A DNA stretch of 64,000 bases from Octopus vulgaris (GCA_951406725.2 OX597837.1:32116001-32180000); one strand, 5' to 3'; shown: positions 48,007 through 61,817, counted from the stretch's first letter. The notes: generated from the letters alone by a model not told the origin. Program-made: numbers and translations.

Positions 48007-48047
<41 letters not shown>

Positions 48048-50733
48048 CTTCATATATTACTGCACTGTGTTACATCACTGCATATTTCACAACATAATTT
48101 ACTGTACACCACCACCACCACCACCACCACCACCACACTATAAGTCATTACATCCTTACTGTACTACATTGCCTTACTTTCTCTATTGCCATATCGCCTT
48201 CTTTACACTCTATGTCACTACATGCCTTACCCTAGGACTCGATTTAAGACTGATTGCTCTCAAGTTTTCTAAGTACAAGCCAACAGTAGTTCCCCACCTA
48301 TCCTTTCCTTCTCTAATTCATACAAATACAAGAAAATGTAAGACAGTCGACAGTCAAATGTGATCGAGCTAGTCAGAGTGTGTGATGGGATAGTTAAGCA
48401 AAGACTAGTCCTGGAAAAGGCAACAGCGACAATTATCTCTGCATATGTTCCACAAGGCCGCAGGAGTTCTCTAATGCAAGTGACTTGATTATCTGCAACA
48501 CTAACTTCAGGAAACAAGCCAGCCACCTGATCTCATATCAATCTGGTGGGAATACAAGCTAGATTTGCTACAATTCTCATCAGAAAACGGGATAGACAGA
48601 TGGTTGTAAATGCGAAGTCCTTCACCAGTGAAGAATGCACAGCCCAACATACGTTAGAGGTTAATGATTTCAAACTTAAAGCTAGAAGAACTCAGAGACC
48701 GCCCCTGGTTCTATGCTACAAACTTCCTGTTTACGGTGTTTGAAATTAAAATTTCCCACCAAAATTTTACTCTATGTTCCAAACACCAGCTTAATAGTTG
48801 TAAAGTTATTTTGGATCTTTTCGGTTTGACCGGCAGTTTTTTAAAATAATTTCCACGTAACTAAACACTTTTAAACTTCGTATACTGGTAGAATGTGTTT
48901 ATAAAACATCTTTTTCTCTTGGCTTTATTGAGAAAATTCTATAGTTTGTAAGATATTTGTTGTTATTTTTTTTTCTTCAATTCCTGCAATTTCAACCAAT
49001 CAATGACCGTCTATTGAGGTGAAAACATTCTGTGCCGTATGAAAATGTCCCTCGTTTAAGAAACAGATTGGGTTTATTTACATTTCTGAAGGAAAAAAGA
49101 TACCCTTCCCCCACCCCTAACCCTAACCCTAACCCTAACTCTAACCCTAACCATAAAATAGATTGAAATGCAATAGATCGATACTAGGGTCATAATTACG
49201 GGTGACAATTTCATATGGCACCGCTAGAAAAAACTGCCGTTCAAACCGAAAAGAACCGTTATTTTATTAAAATTTTCGTTATCTTTAAAAACTGATTTCA
49301 ACACAGGTGCAGGCATGGCTGTGTGGTAGGTAAGAAGCTTGCTTCCCAACCACTTGGTTCCGGGTTCAGTCCCATTGCGCGGTATTTTGGGCATATATAT
49401 ATATCAGTCGCCATGATAGATCGCAAGCCCCTACACACATTTTTTTCTCTCCTTGTTTTTTCTGTGACCCTTTCTATAGAAAAGCGTAGGCTCGAAACGT
49501 AAAAGACTTTTTCTATTCCTGAGCGTTATACTAATACATCTGTTTGTTTTGTACACCACCTGTCTTCGTGTTGGTGTGTTTATGTCCCCGTGACATAGCG
49601 GTTCTGCAAATGACACCAAGAGAGTAAGTACTAGGTTTTCAAAAAATAAAGAATTCTTTGGGGCGATCTTTTCGACTAAGACCGTTCAAAGCCGTGCCCC
49701 AACATTGCCGCAGTAAAGTGACTGAAGGACATACAAAAAATTTTAAAATAGTGTATTTCAACAGAAATATAGAAGTAAAACGGTAGACCACTATGTGGAT
49801 TCCTTGTATGCTAAAAATAGACCTCTATTTTTAGCATACAATGGGTCCTCATAGTGGTCTCTCATATTGTTTATATTTAAATAGAACTCACGGTACTTGG
49901 ACGTTTTTTAAGCATACTGAGCACTGGTCGAAATTGATATTATTTAGTAATATTATTTAATAATATTAATTTCTACTCTTATAATGGTTTAAATCTTGAA
50001 GTCTAGATATACGAAGAATTTGAAACTCGGTGAATTGTCTTTGGAAATTAAGTAATTCATGTATTATATGTATTATAGGTGCTCTTATTATTTGTATTAT
50101 TATTTGGAAGCATATTACGACAATCGATGATTTATAAAATATCTTAGGGCCATTGAGTACTTAAGAAGCTCTCTCCGCAAATCACGTGATTTTGGGTTCA
50201 GTCCTACTGGTCGGCACCTAAAGCAAGTACCTTCTACTATAACCCGGGGCCCAATAACGCTTTGTGAGTGAATTTGGTAGGCGGAAACAGCGTGAAAGGC
50301 GACGAGCTGGCAGAAACGTTAGTACGCCGGGCGAAATGCTTAGCGGTATTTCGTCTGCTGCTACGTTCTGGGTCCAAATTCCGCCGAGGTCGACTTTGAC
50401 TTTCATCCTTTCGGGGTCGATAAATTAAATACCAGTTACGCACTGGGGTCGATGTAATCGACTTAATACCTATGTCTGTCCTTGTTTGTCCGCTCTGTGT
50501 TTGGCCCCTTGTGGGTAATAAAGAAATAGGTATTTCGTCTGCTGCTACGTTCTGGGTTCAAATTCCGCCGAGGTCGACTTTGACTTTCATCCTTTCGGGG
50601 TCGATAAATTAAGTACCAGTTACGCACTGGGGTCGATGTAATCGACTTAATCCGTTTGTCTGTTCTTGTTTGTCCCCTCTATGTTTAGCCCCTTGTGGGC
50701 AATAAAGAAATAGGAAACAGCGTGAAAGTCCAT

Positions 50734-50804
<71 letters not shown>

Positions 50805-51313
50805 TTGTTGATTATTTCTCTTTCTCATTCCCTCTAGACGCTCTTTCTTCTGACAAAGGATTAACAACCGAAACGTTAAGCTTTTTTTCCGATTAAACCA
50901 TTAAGCAAATACTTTATTTATCAAACTCTGTTCCTCCTGTGTTTCCTTTCAATCGTTCATTATATTTGCACAACACACACACACACACACACTCAAACAC
51001 ACACAAACATACATACACGCACTTACATATACACACACAGACATACACATACATACATACATACACACAACGCATACATAAATACATTCAAGATTTGTTC
51101 CCTTCGTGTTGTTTTTTGTCTGACGCCCTTACGGTTCTACCGATCCTCTGATCTATTATTGTAATATAAATAATTATTAACATTCCTGTTGTATATGTCT
51201 ATGAGTATACATGAAAGTGTGTGTATATATATATATATATATACATGTGTGTGTGTGTGTCTGTGTGTGTGTGTATATATATATGGATATTTATATATAT
51301 ATATGTATGTATG

Positions 51314-51398
<85 letters not shown>

Positions 51399-51408
51399 AA
51401 TGTATGTA

Positions 51409-51462
<54 letters not shown>

Positions 51463-51468
51463 CATTAC

Positions 51469-51504
<36 letters not shown>

Positions 51505-52556
51505 ATATGTACGCCTGTATCCCAGATTGTTTGCATGTATGTATGTATGTATGCATGTATGTATGTATGTATGTATGTATGTATGTATGTATGTATGTAT
51601 GTATGTATGTATGAGTGCGCATGTGCGTGCCTGTACGTTTTCATTTATTATGGTATTCCTTTTCCCCCTTGATGGCCCAAACCCTATTTTTGCTAAATGT
51701 TTAATCCAGCTTCCATCATTATTACTATAGCACTTCACCACATTATATGTTACAATATACTTAACTGTTTTACTGTACGTACTGCCTTATCGTCTATTAC
51801 GTTTAACAGCTTCCTTATGGATAGTTCCCTCAGTGACCTAAATCTGCTACAGGTCAAAGACTGAAAAGCCCTTGTGTATTGAAATTAAATATACATGTAT
51901 TGGATACACTGCCGCACTTGCCTAGTCTGGTCTAGCGGCGGCATGTTTAGCAAAAAATTCAGCAAATGAAAGTTCTTTGCTCTTTCTTAATGCTGTAAAA
52001 CTCTCGATATTTATAGTGTAAATAAGGCGGCGAGGTTGGCAGAATCGTTAGCTCGCCGGGCGAAATGCTTAGCGGTATTTCGTCTGCCGCTACGTTCTGA
52101 GTTCAAATTCCGCCGAGGTCTACTTTGCCTTTCATCCTTTCGGGGTCGATAAATTAAGTACCAGTTACGCACTGGGGTTAATATAATCGACTTAACTACT
52201 TTGTCTGGGGTGTAATTAAAGACTGTATAATGATGTGACAAAGTTTCTCTGGCGTCTGGAACCTGTGCAGAATCGTCAGGAGTTTAGATCAGCAATGAAA
52301 AAAACCAATATCTTGTAAAGCGGAATTTCGAAGTATTTTCTCTTTTTTTTTCTCTTTTTTCTTGTTTCAGTCATTTTGACTGTGGCCATGCTGGAGCACC
52401 GCCTTTAATCGAGAAAATCGACCCCCGGGACTTATTCTTTTGTAAGCCCAGTACTTATTTTATCGGTCTCTTTTGCCGAACTGCTAAGTGACGGGGACAT
52501 AAACACACCAGCATCGGTTGTCAAGCAATGCTAGGGGGACAAACACAGACACACAA

Positions 52557-52626
<70 letters not shown>

Positions 52627-53135
52627 GACAGGCTTCTTTCAGTTTCCGTCTACCAAATTAACTCACAAGGCATTGGTCGGCCCGAGGCTATAGCAGAAGA
52701 CACTTGCCCAAGATGCCACGCAGTGGGACTGAACCCGGAACTATGTGGTTGGTTAGCAAGCTACTTACCACACAGCCACATCTTAAAATCAGTTTGTTGC
52801 AGATATAATAGTTTTGACTTTCTTGCATCTACGTATTTACTACAGTGGCCGCAACAAGCATATAATGCAAGTTGGTTTTATAGAGCACCGAAGTTGCAGC
52901 CCTCTATCCTGTAAGCTGTTGTTAGTAAGTATTTCAGCAACCGCGGTTCATAAATATCGAAGATCTTGAAGCCTTTCTTATTGGGTTGTAATATGAAAGA
53001 CTTATTCAGTCTAGTTCGCGATGCTTCGATCTTGAACTTCGAAAATTCTGAGCTTATTTTTTAAAATTCTTCACTCAATTTGCTTACTATTGTGCGCAGT
53101 ATTCTAATTTCCAACAAATCATTCAGGCATGTTCC

Positions 53136-53246
<111 letters not shown>

Positions 53247-53687
53247 GTATGTGTGTGTGTGTATATATATTTGTGTGTCTGTGTTTGTCCCCCTAGCATT
53301 GCTTGACAACCGATGCTGGTGTGTTTACGTCCCCGTCACTTAGCGGTTCGGCAAATAGTAGCATATAAAGGTGTCACGCAATGGGACTGAACCCAGAACC
53401 ATATGGTTGGGAAGCAGACTTCTTACCACACAACCACGCCTCCACCTATATACTTTTTTCCACTCATTACAAAGATCTTAAAATGCTTAGACATCGGTGA
53501 TCATGTATAGCGCCATTTCGTCCTTATTCGAAACAGTCAGCATTACATGACCCGAGTAACATTGTAATTTAATAGAGATTGTTTATTTTACGAAAATTAG
53601 TACTCATTTCATAATATTATATAAGCACCATGAAATTAAAAAAAGAAGTATTATAATTATTGTACCTATTCAACATTGGCTGATATA

Positions 53688-54418
53688 TGGAAGCACTCCG
53701 TCGGTTACGACGACGAGGGTTCCGGTTGATCCAAATCAACGGAACAGCCTGAACGTGAAATTAACGTGTAAGTGGCTGAGCACTCCACAGACACGTGTAC
53801 CCTTAACGTAGTTCTCGGGGATATTCAGCGTGACACAGAGAGTGACAAGGCCGGCCCTTTGAAATACAGGCACAACAGAAACAGGAAGTTAAGAGTGAGA
53901 GAAAGTTGTGGTGAAAGAGTACAGCAGGGATCACCACCACCATCCCCTGCCGGAGCCTCGTGGAGCTTTTTAGATGTTTTCGCTCAAGAAACACTCACAA
54001 CACCCGGTCTGGGAATCGAAACCGCGATCCTACGACCGCGAGTCCGCTGCCCTAACCACTGGGCCATTGTGCCTCCACGGTGAAAGAGTACAGCAGGGAT
54101 CACCACCATCCCCTACGGGAGCCTCGTGGAGCTTTTTTAAGTGTTTTCGCTCAATAAACACTCACAACACCCGGGCCGGTCTGGGAATCGAAACCGCGAT
54201 CCTATGACCGCGAGTCCGCTGCCCTAACCACTGGGCCATTGTGCCTCCACGGTGAAAGAGTACAGCAGGGATCACCACCATCCCCTGCCGGAGCGTCGTG
54301 GAGCTTTTTTAGGTGTTTTCGCTCAATAAACACTCACAACGCCCGGGTCTGGGAATCGAAACCGCGATCCTATGACCGCGAGTCCGCTGCCCTAACCCCT
54401 GGGCCATTGCGCCTCCAC
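53688..54418 (-). mobile_element. SINE family A with a triplicated ~170-bp 5' head, all inside one 11-bp TSD
   Basis: Heads at 54251-54418 and 54079-54250 precede the full copy 53688-54078. TSD TGGCTGATATA at 53677-53687 and 54419-54429. Confidence 0.88.
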
Positions 54419-54774
54419 TGGCTGATATAACCAGCTGTGGCTGTAGAAAATACTTAACGAATGTCGTCATATGACAGATAACGCCAGTACTTAATATTTT
54501 TTTTTTATATGTCACAAAGCGAGCAACCTCGAAATAACTTTGAAGTTTCCATAATTTTATCATCTGATTCTCATTATCATTTCATTCTTGCTGAAGATTC
54601 TTCCTAAGATGAAACCGCCCTTTTGTCCTAGATATTTCAATTTTTATTTGCTTATTTTGCTACGAGTAAAACATCCACCAATTCAATGTAACGAGATCTC
54701 TAATTCTGCGATACATAATATATATATATATATATATATCATATATATATGTGTGTATGTGTATGTATATATAT

Positions 54775-54888
<114 letters not shown>

Positions 54889-54892
54889 ATAT

Positions 54893-55034
54893 ATTAGGTT
54901 GTCCCAAAAGTTCGTAAACACTTGCGAAAATTGAATTTTTACTCGCCAAGTACTAACAAAAACAACAAAAATCATTCCTCAAAATAAAGACCATTATTTT
55001 CCAAGACTTTCTACGAACGTTTGGGACAACCTTA
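54893..55034. mobile_element. Mariner-derived MITE (~140 bp) within (TA)n
   Basis: TIRs TTAGGTTGTCCCAAAAGTTCGTA / TACGAACGTTTGGGACAACCTTA, similar to the mariner TIR at ~7950-7982. Confidence 0.8.
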
Positions 55035-55080
55035 TATATACACACACACACATATATACATATATATGTATGTGTGAGAG

Positions 55081-55125
<45 letters not shown>

Positions 55126-55289
55126 ATAGATACATATATACTTATATTATATATTTACCATTCATTTTATACTTATTGAGATCTAGTTATAAGTTACATG
55201 TATTATAAAATTATTTTTTATTTGTTATTTATGTTTTGGTTTATGTCTATCACTGTTTGAGTTGCATAATAGTGGTTTTATCTCCAATT

Positions 55290-55353
<64 letters not shown>

Positions 55354-55376
55354 TACAGATTTAGTAGGTCTTGAAA

Positions 55377-55422
55377 CCACCTGATGAATGTCCATTGAAG
55401 TGACAAGAAACGGTCGTAGTGG
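55377..55422 (+). ncRNA. Type I hammerhead ribozyme motif (minimal, Penelope-type)
   Basis: CCAC-CTGATGA-a-TGTC-cattgaagt-GACA-a-GAAAC-ggtc-GTA-GTGG: canonical core, stem I CCAC/GTGG, stem II TGTC/GACA, short stem III and a GUA triplet. It is flanked by partial direct repeats (~55245-55290 and ~55485-55530). Confidence 0.65.
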
Positions 55423-56221
55423 ATATCTTAATTAATCTTAATTATATTTAATTTATATAAAATTTTTTATGTATTGGATTAAGTCTTTCATTGTTTGATT
55501 TGCATAATAGTGGTTTTGTCTCTAATTAATATTATATTATATTTTACTATAAAATTGGATTCAATCCTAAATCTGATTTTTCCCTGTAAATTTGGATTTA
55601 TTCCCTAATATTTATTATTATATATATATATATACAATATAATATATATTAAGCATAATATATACATTATACATATATACATATGTATGTATATATGTAA
55701 ATATATATGTACATATATGGATATATATGTCCGTGAATATGGATGGATATATATACACACACACACGCACACACAATATATCTATCCATATACACGCACA
55801 CGGACACAAATGTGTGTGTGTGTGTGTGTGTGTGTGCGTGCGTATGTGTGTATGTGCGTGTGTAAGGATGAATTTCGTCATTCCCCTTAAAAGAACAGTA
55901 GAAACATAACAAAACTTCTTTTTGAAATTGAAAGATGAAAAAAAAAAACATTCATTACATCCAATCTTACATATTACATCAATGTTAAGGAATTGGTCAA
56001 ACTACCACAACCTCGGTTGTCATAGAAAAGAAATCCTCCACATCCTTCACCACCGCACCGTAATTAATATTAATTACAAGCAGCAAATATCTGCTACAAG
56101 TTTTCTCATATGAACTTTAATGAAGACGCCATTACTATCATAGTTTTCTTCTCTTGACTACAAGAAAGCATGGATTTGATACAATCTGGCTCTCGTAGAT
56201 GAATTCCGTTGTAACTCCTCA

Positions 56222-56616
56222 TTTCTTAATTGCCCACAAGGGGCTAAATACAGAGGGGACAAACAAGGACAGACAAACGGATTAAGTCGATTATATCGAC
56301 CCCAGTACGTAACTGGTATTTATTTAATCGACCCCGAAAGGATGAAAAGCAAAGTCGAACTCGGCGGAATTTGAACTCAGAACGTAACGGCAGACGAAAT
56401 AACTATTTCTTTACTGCCCCCGAGGGGCTACACACAGAGGGGACAAACAAGGACAGACAAACGGATTAAGTCGAATATATTGACCCCAGTGCGTAACTGG
56501 TACTTATTTAATCGACCCCGAAAGGATGAAAGACAAAGTCGACCTCGACGGAATTTGAACTCAGAACGTAGCGGCAGACGAAATAACGCAAAGCATTTCG
56601 CCCGGCATGCTAACGT

Positions 56617-56620
<4 letters not shown>
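56222..56620 (-). mobile_element. SINE family B dimer
   Basis: Reverse complement of B, with essentially the same inter-unit junction. Confidence 0.88.
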
Positions 56621-56664
<44 letters not shown>

Positions 56665-56666
<2 letters not shown>

Positions 56667-56931
56667 AAAAAAATTGATAAATTCGACATGGGGTCGAGAA
56701 TCTAAGCTTTTTATATGCAACACATTTTCTGTCTAGGAGACACAACTCGACCTTTTTATCGCCCAAAGGGACAGCTAGGAACATCGTATACACAGAAGTA
56801 TTCGAGTGAAGAGAAGACATTGCAGCCTACACATGCGCCTTCGTTCCCTAGAGGGAAAGGACTCGATTGGGATTAGTCGTTGCCTACTAGGGGCTCTTAC
56901 ATACCCGGGCAACGCCGGGCTATGCTGCTAG
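56665..56931 (+). mobile_element. Helitron-like 3' end
   Basis: GC hairpin CCCGGGCAACGCCGGG (56904-56919) about 8 nt upstream of CTAG|T, the canonical Helitron terminus. The 5' boundary is uncertain. Confidence 0.55.
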
Positions 56932-57315
56932 TTTGAGCTAAACACGGTCTCGTACATTTTTACAGTTCATGTGGACTGAGACATCAACAGCTGTGTGTAC
57001 TTTAAACTGTTCTGATAGAAGTTAGTGTTCTGTTGTACTGGACTAAATAACATAAAATGTTTAGTTCTGCTCCTCTGTGTTGCGTAATCAGATTTTGGTG
57101 AGATCAACTTTGCCGTTTCATCACATTTTTTGTCGTTTTTGTTTGTATGTGTGTGTGTGTGTTTTGTTATTTTCAGAATGAATAGAATAAGTAAGGTTCA
57201 TTTTGATCGTTGATTCATAAAAGCACTTGAAGGCACTTCTAAAGGACTCACAATTGTATCTACAGAAAATCATGTGGTGTGTCTCAGGCAAGTGAGTTTG
57301 TGTGTGTGTGTGTGT

Positions 57316-57363
<48 letters not shown>

Positions 57364-57452
57364 TCGTGTGTGTATATATACACACACACACATACATACA
57401 TACATACATACAAAGACACTCATACACATACCAATGTGTGTGTATGTATATG

Positions 57453-57536
<84 letters not shown>

Positions 57537-57653
57537 AATAATATAGACAGACAGACAGACAAACAGGTGGACGGACGGACATATATATATATATATATAT
57601 ATAGATATATATATACATACACATACACACACATGTAATACATACAGACACAT

Positions 57654-58046
57654 GTGGAGGCGCAATGGCCCACTGGTTAGGGCAGCGGACTCGCGGTCGT
57701 AGGATCGCGGTTTCGATTCCCAGACCGGGCGTTGCGAGTGTTTATTGAGCGAAAACACCTAAAGCTCCACGAGGCTCTGGCAGGGGATGGTGGTGATCCC
57801 TGCTGTACTCTTTCACCACAACTTTCTCTCACTCTTACTTCCTGTTTCTGTTGTACCTGTATTTCAAAGGGCCGGCCTTGTCACTCTCTGTGTCACGCTG
57901 AATATCCCCGAGAACTACGTTAAGGGTACACGTGTCTGTGGAGTGCTCAGCCACTTACACGTTAATTTCACGAGCAGGCTGTTCCGTTGATTCGGATCAA
58001 CCGGAACCCTCGTCGTCGTAACCGACGGAGTGCTTCCATCCATCCA
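57654..58046 (+). mobile_element. SINE family A (full length)
   Basis: Match to A; ends in (CCAT)n. Confidence 0.9.
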
Positions 58047-58118
58047 TAATTAAGATCTAAACAGTTAATATATGAATGCAAAAGAGATAGTTGAATAACT
58101 GTTTGTATGTGTGTGTGT

Positions 58119-58165
<47 letters not shown>

Positions 58166-58277
58166 TGTATTAGATTTAATTATGTGTCATGTAATAAGCA
58201 TGTAATGTGTCTAATGTAAATATTCCAGTACAGCTTGGGCATGCAGGTATGAATTATGTTTCGGGCAGAGAGACGTG

Positions 58278-58655
58278 TGGATGGAAGCACTCCGTCGGTT
58301 ACGACGACGAGGGTTCCGGTTGATCCGAATCAACGGAACAGCCTGCTCGTGAAATTAACGTGTAAGTGGCTGAGCACTCCACAGACACGTGTACCCTTAA
58401 CGTAGTTCTCGGGGATATTCAGTGTGACAAGGCTGGCCCTTTGAAATACAGGTACAACAGAAACAGGAAGTAAGAGTGAGGGAAAGTTGTGGTGAAAGAG
58501 TACTGCAGGGATCACCACCATCCCCTGCCGGAGCCGCGTGGAGCTTTAAGGTGTTTTCGCTCAATAAACACTCACAACGCCCGGTCTGGGAATCGAAACC
58601 GCGATCCTATGACCGCGAGTCCGCTACCCTAACCACTGGGCCATTGCGCCTCCAC
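58278..58655 (-). mobile_element. SINE family A (full length, small internal deletion)
   Basis: Reverse complement of A; flanking AGAGAGAC(G/A)TGT direct repeat. Confidence 0.9.
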
Positions 58656-58746
58656 AAGAGAGACATGTAACGGTATGTAGAGCAAGTGATGTGTTTCTAG
58701 ACACTGTAGATATATAGTACCACGTATGGCCAGCAGCCATACTTCT

Positions 58747-58779
<33 letters not shown>

Positions 58780-59635
58780 CAAGTAGATACGTTATGTATT
58801 TAGGTCAAATAGATATATGGTGTATTTAAGTCACAGATACGTAATGTACGTAAGTGAAGAATGTATATGATGTATAGGTCAAGTAAGTATCTAACATATA
58901 TATAGGTCAAAAAGATATGTAGTGTATCTAGACTAAGTAGGTATATCATGTATCTAGGTCACGAAGTCGTAATGTATCTAGGTCAAAAGGCGATGTAATC
59001 TATCTAATGTAATATACGTAAGTGAAGAATGTATATGATCTATAGGTCAAGTAAGTAACTAACATATATAGGTCAAAAAGATATGCAGTGTATCTAGATT
59101 AAGTGGGTATATAATGTATCTAGGTCACGAAGTCGTAATGTATCTAGGTCAAAAGTAATGTAATCTATCTAGGTCACGTTCTTATATAATGTAGAGGTCA
59201 AGTAAGTATCTAATATATGTAGGCCAAAATAAATATGTAGTGTATTTAGTCTATGAAAGGTATATTCTGTATCTAGGTCACGAAGTTGTAATGTATCTAG
59301 GTCAAAAGTAATGTAATCTATCTAGGTCAAGTAGATGAGGACGTATATAATGCAGAGGTCAAGTAAGTATCTAATATATGTAGGCCAAAATAAATACGTA
59401 GCGTATTTAGTCTATGAATGGTATATTCTGTATCTAGGTCACGAAGTCGTAATGTAACTAGGTCAACAGCTTATGTCATCTATTTAGTAGCAATGTCGTG
59501 TATCTAGGTCGAGAAGACATGTATGTGGATCGAGTGTGCCTAGGTCAAATAGAAATCTAATGTATTTGGGCTAAGATGGTACGTGGTGGGTGTATCTGGG
59601 GCATGAGGTTATTTAGTGTACTTAAATCAATTAGG
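58780..59635. repeat. Degenerate ~24-bp satellite (GTATCTAGGTCA core) with ~153-166-bp higher-order period
   Basis: The ACGAAG landmark recurs at 58961, 59127, 59280 and 59441. Confidence 0.85.
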
Positions 59636-59649
59636 TTATTTTTTTACTT

Positions 59650-59880
59650 TTTTACTTGTTTCAGTCATTTGACTGCGGCCATGCTGGAGCACCGCCTTTA
59701 GTCGGGCAAATCGACCCCAGGACTTATTCTTTGTAAGCCTAGGACTTATTCTATCGGTCTCTCTTTTGCCGAACCGCTAAGTTACGGGGACGTAAACACA
59801 CCAGCATCGGTTGTCAAGCGATGTTGGGGGGGATAAACAGACACACAAACATACACACATACACACACACACACATACAC
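59650..59880 (-). mobile_element. SINE family C 3' half
   Basis: Match to the C tail. Confidence 0.85.
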
Positions 59881-60064
59881 ACACCTGATGTAATCTTGAG
59901 ACGATCGGACTAATGATCAAAAGCGTTCTAACTCGGTTTTCTTTTGTATATATTGATCTGCATTGCATATCATTTGAAAAATGATAAAATGTGATATGAT
60001 AAATATTTGGCTGCTCCTTCTTGCGAGTCGAGAAGCATTATAACGACTTCCTCAGATTATGTAG

Positions 60065-61050
60065 TGGTTCCGTTGTATCCAGAGTAAATTGCGTTCTGTA
60101 TCTGGGACAGGGTTGCGTTGTGAGACCAAAGTAAGTTACGTTGTGTATTTAAGTCAAACTGCAGAAGCATGTAGGTCAAATTAGCATGTAGAGTAAACTA
60201 CGTTGAGTATTTTGGGTCGACTGCGTTGCGTACCTGGGTCAAATTTGATGTGTATCTGGTTCAAACTGAGCTGTGTGTCTACATGAAATTACGTTGTGTA
60301 TTTAAGGTAAATTACGCTGTGTATTTAGATCAACTTACGTAATGCACTCAGGTCAAACTATGTAAGTTGTATATTTAGGTCAAGTTAGGTTTTGTATCTG
60401 GGTCAAATTTGATGTGTATCTGGTTCAAACTGAGCTGTGTGTCTACATGAAATTACGTTGTGTATTTAAGGTAAATTACGCCGTGTATTTAGATCAACTT
60501 ATGTAATGCACTCAGGTCAAACTATGTAAGTTGTATATTTAGGTCAAGTTAGGTTTTGTACCTGGGTCAAATTTGATGTGTATCTGGTTCAAACTGAGCT
60601 GTGTGTCTACATGAAATTACGTTGTGTATTTAAGGTAAATTACGCCGTGTATTTAGATCAACTTATGTAATGCACTCAGGTCAAACTATGTAAGTTGTAT
60701 ATTTAGGTCAAGTTAGGTTTTGTACCTGGGTCAAATTTGATGTGTATCTGGTTCAAACTGAGCTGTGTGTCTACATGAAATTACGTTGTGTATTTAAGGT
60801 AAATTACGTTTAGTATTTCGAGTTATCTACGTCGTGTATCTGGCTCAAATTACGCTGTGTATTTAGATCAACTTACGTCATGCACTCAGGTCAAACTATG
60901 TAAGTTGGATATTTAGGTCAAGTTAGGTTTTGTATCTGGGTCAAATTATGTTGTGTAAATAGAGTAAACTATACTGTGTAATCATGTCAAATTTCGTTGT
61001 GTACTTGGTTCTATTTGAGTTGTGTGTCTGAGTCTAATTACGTTGTGTTT
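60065..61050. repeat. ~23-bp satellite with a 164-bp higher-order repeat
   Basis: CTGGGTCAAATT recurs at 60234, 60398, 60562 and 60726 (164-bp spacing) and at 60936 (+210). Confidence 0.92.
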
Positions 61051-61051
61051 G

Positions 61052-61277
61052 TACGAGGAAGTTCTGAAAAGTTCCTGGTATTAAGGGTAACACGAAAGGC
61101 CTTGTTAGAGGCCCAACTTTTCGAGTTCTTTTTCAGGGCTCCGAAAAACTGAAGTAACGCTGCAATAAGGGTCTGAATCTGAGAGGGAAATATATCTTAA
61201 TTAACTAACCTTCCTCTATTTTCTCTTCCTGTATTTTTTTCCACCCAAAGTCGGGAACTTTTCAGCTCCCTCTCATA
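61052..61277 (+). mobile_element. Mariner internal-deletion derivative (MITE)
   Basis: Imperfect TIRs TACGAGGAAGTTCTGAAAAGTTCC / GGAACTTTTCAGCTCCCTCTCATA; residual transposase C-terminus KLK.RCNK.LNLRGKYI. Confidence 0.7.
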
Positions 61278-61306
61278 GGTAGATAGATAGATAGATAGAT
61301 AGATAT

Positions 61307-61357
<51 letters not shown>

Positions 61358-61359
61358 TG

Positions 61360-61494
<135 letters not shown>

Positions 61495-61817
61495 TGTATG
61501 CAAATAAGCAATCAGAGATATTTTAATCTGATTACGCAGTTATGCAGTTTCAACAGTCGAACAATGCCAACATGAACGCACACATACACACAAACACACA
61601 CACACACATATATATATATCAAACTTAAATTCTCTGTGACAGTGTGTATTGATTTATTAGTTGATTATAATAAAGCTATGCAGCAGAAATGGCAATAAAC
61701 CAAAATATATCTATGCGACCTGCAGATACTAACTTTTTATTCTTTAGGTTTTAAATTCAAATCTATCCTACAGCTCCATTTTGTCTTCAACGACCTTCAT
61801 AAATTTTCTTAATATAG

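Noticed and set aside
57160-57297. Acceptor-like ttttcag and donor-like gtaagg/gtgagt sites as a possible second exon
   Set aside because: The longer candidate has stops in all three frames, and nothing supports the 14-nt microexon.
58780-61050. Regularly spaced short repeats resembling a CRISPR array
   Set aside because: There are no unique spacers, the monomers are contiguous and degenerate, there are no cas genes, and the context is eukaryotic.
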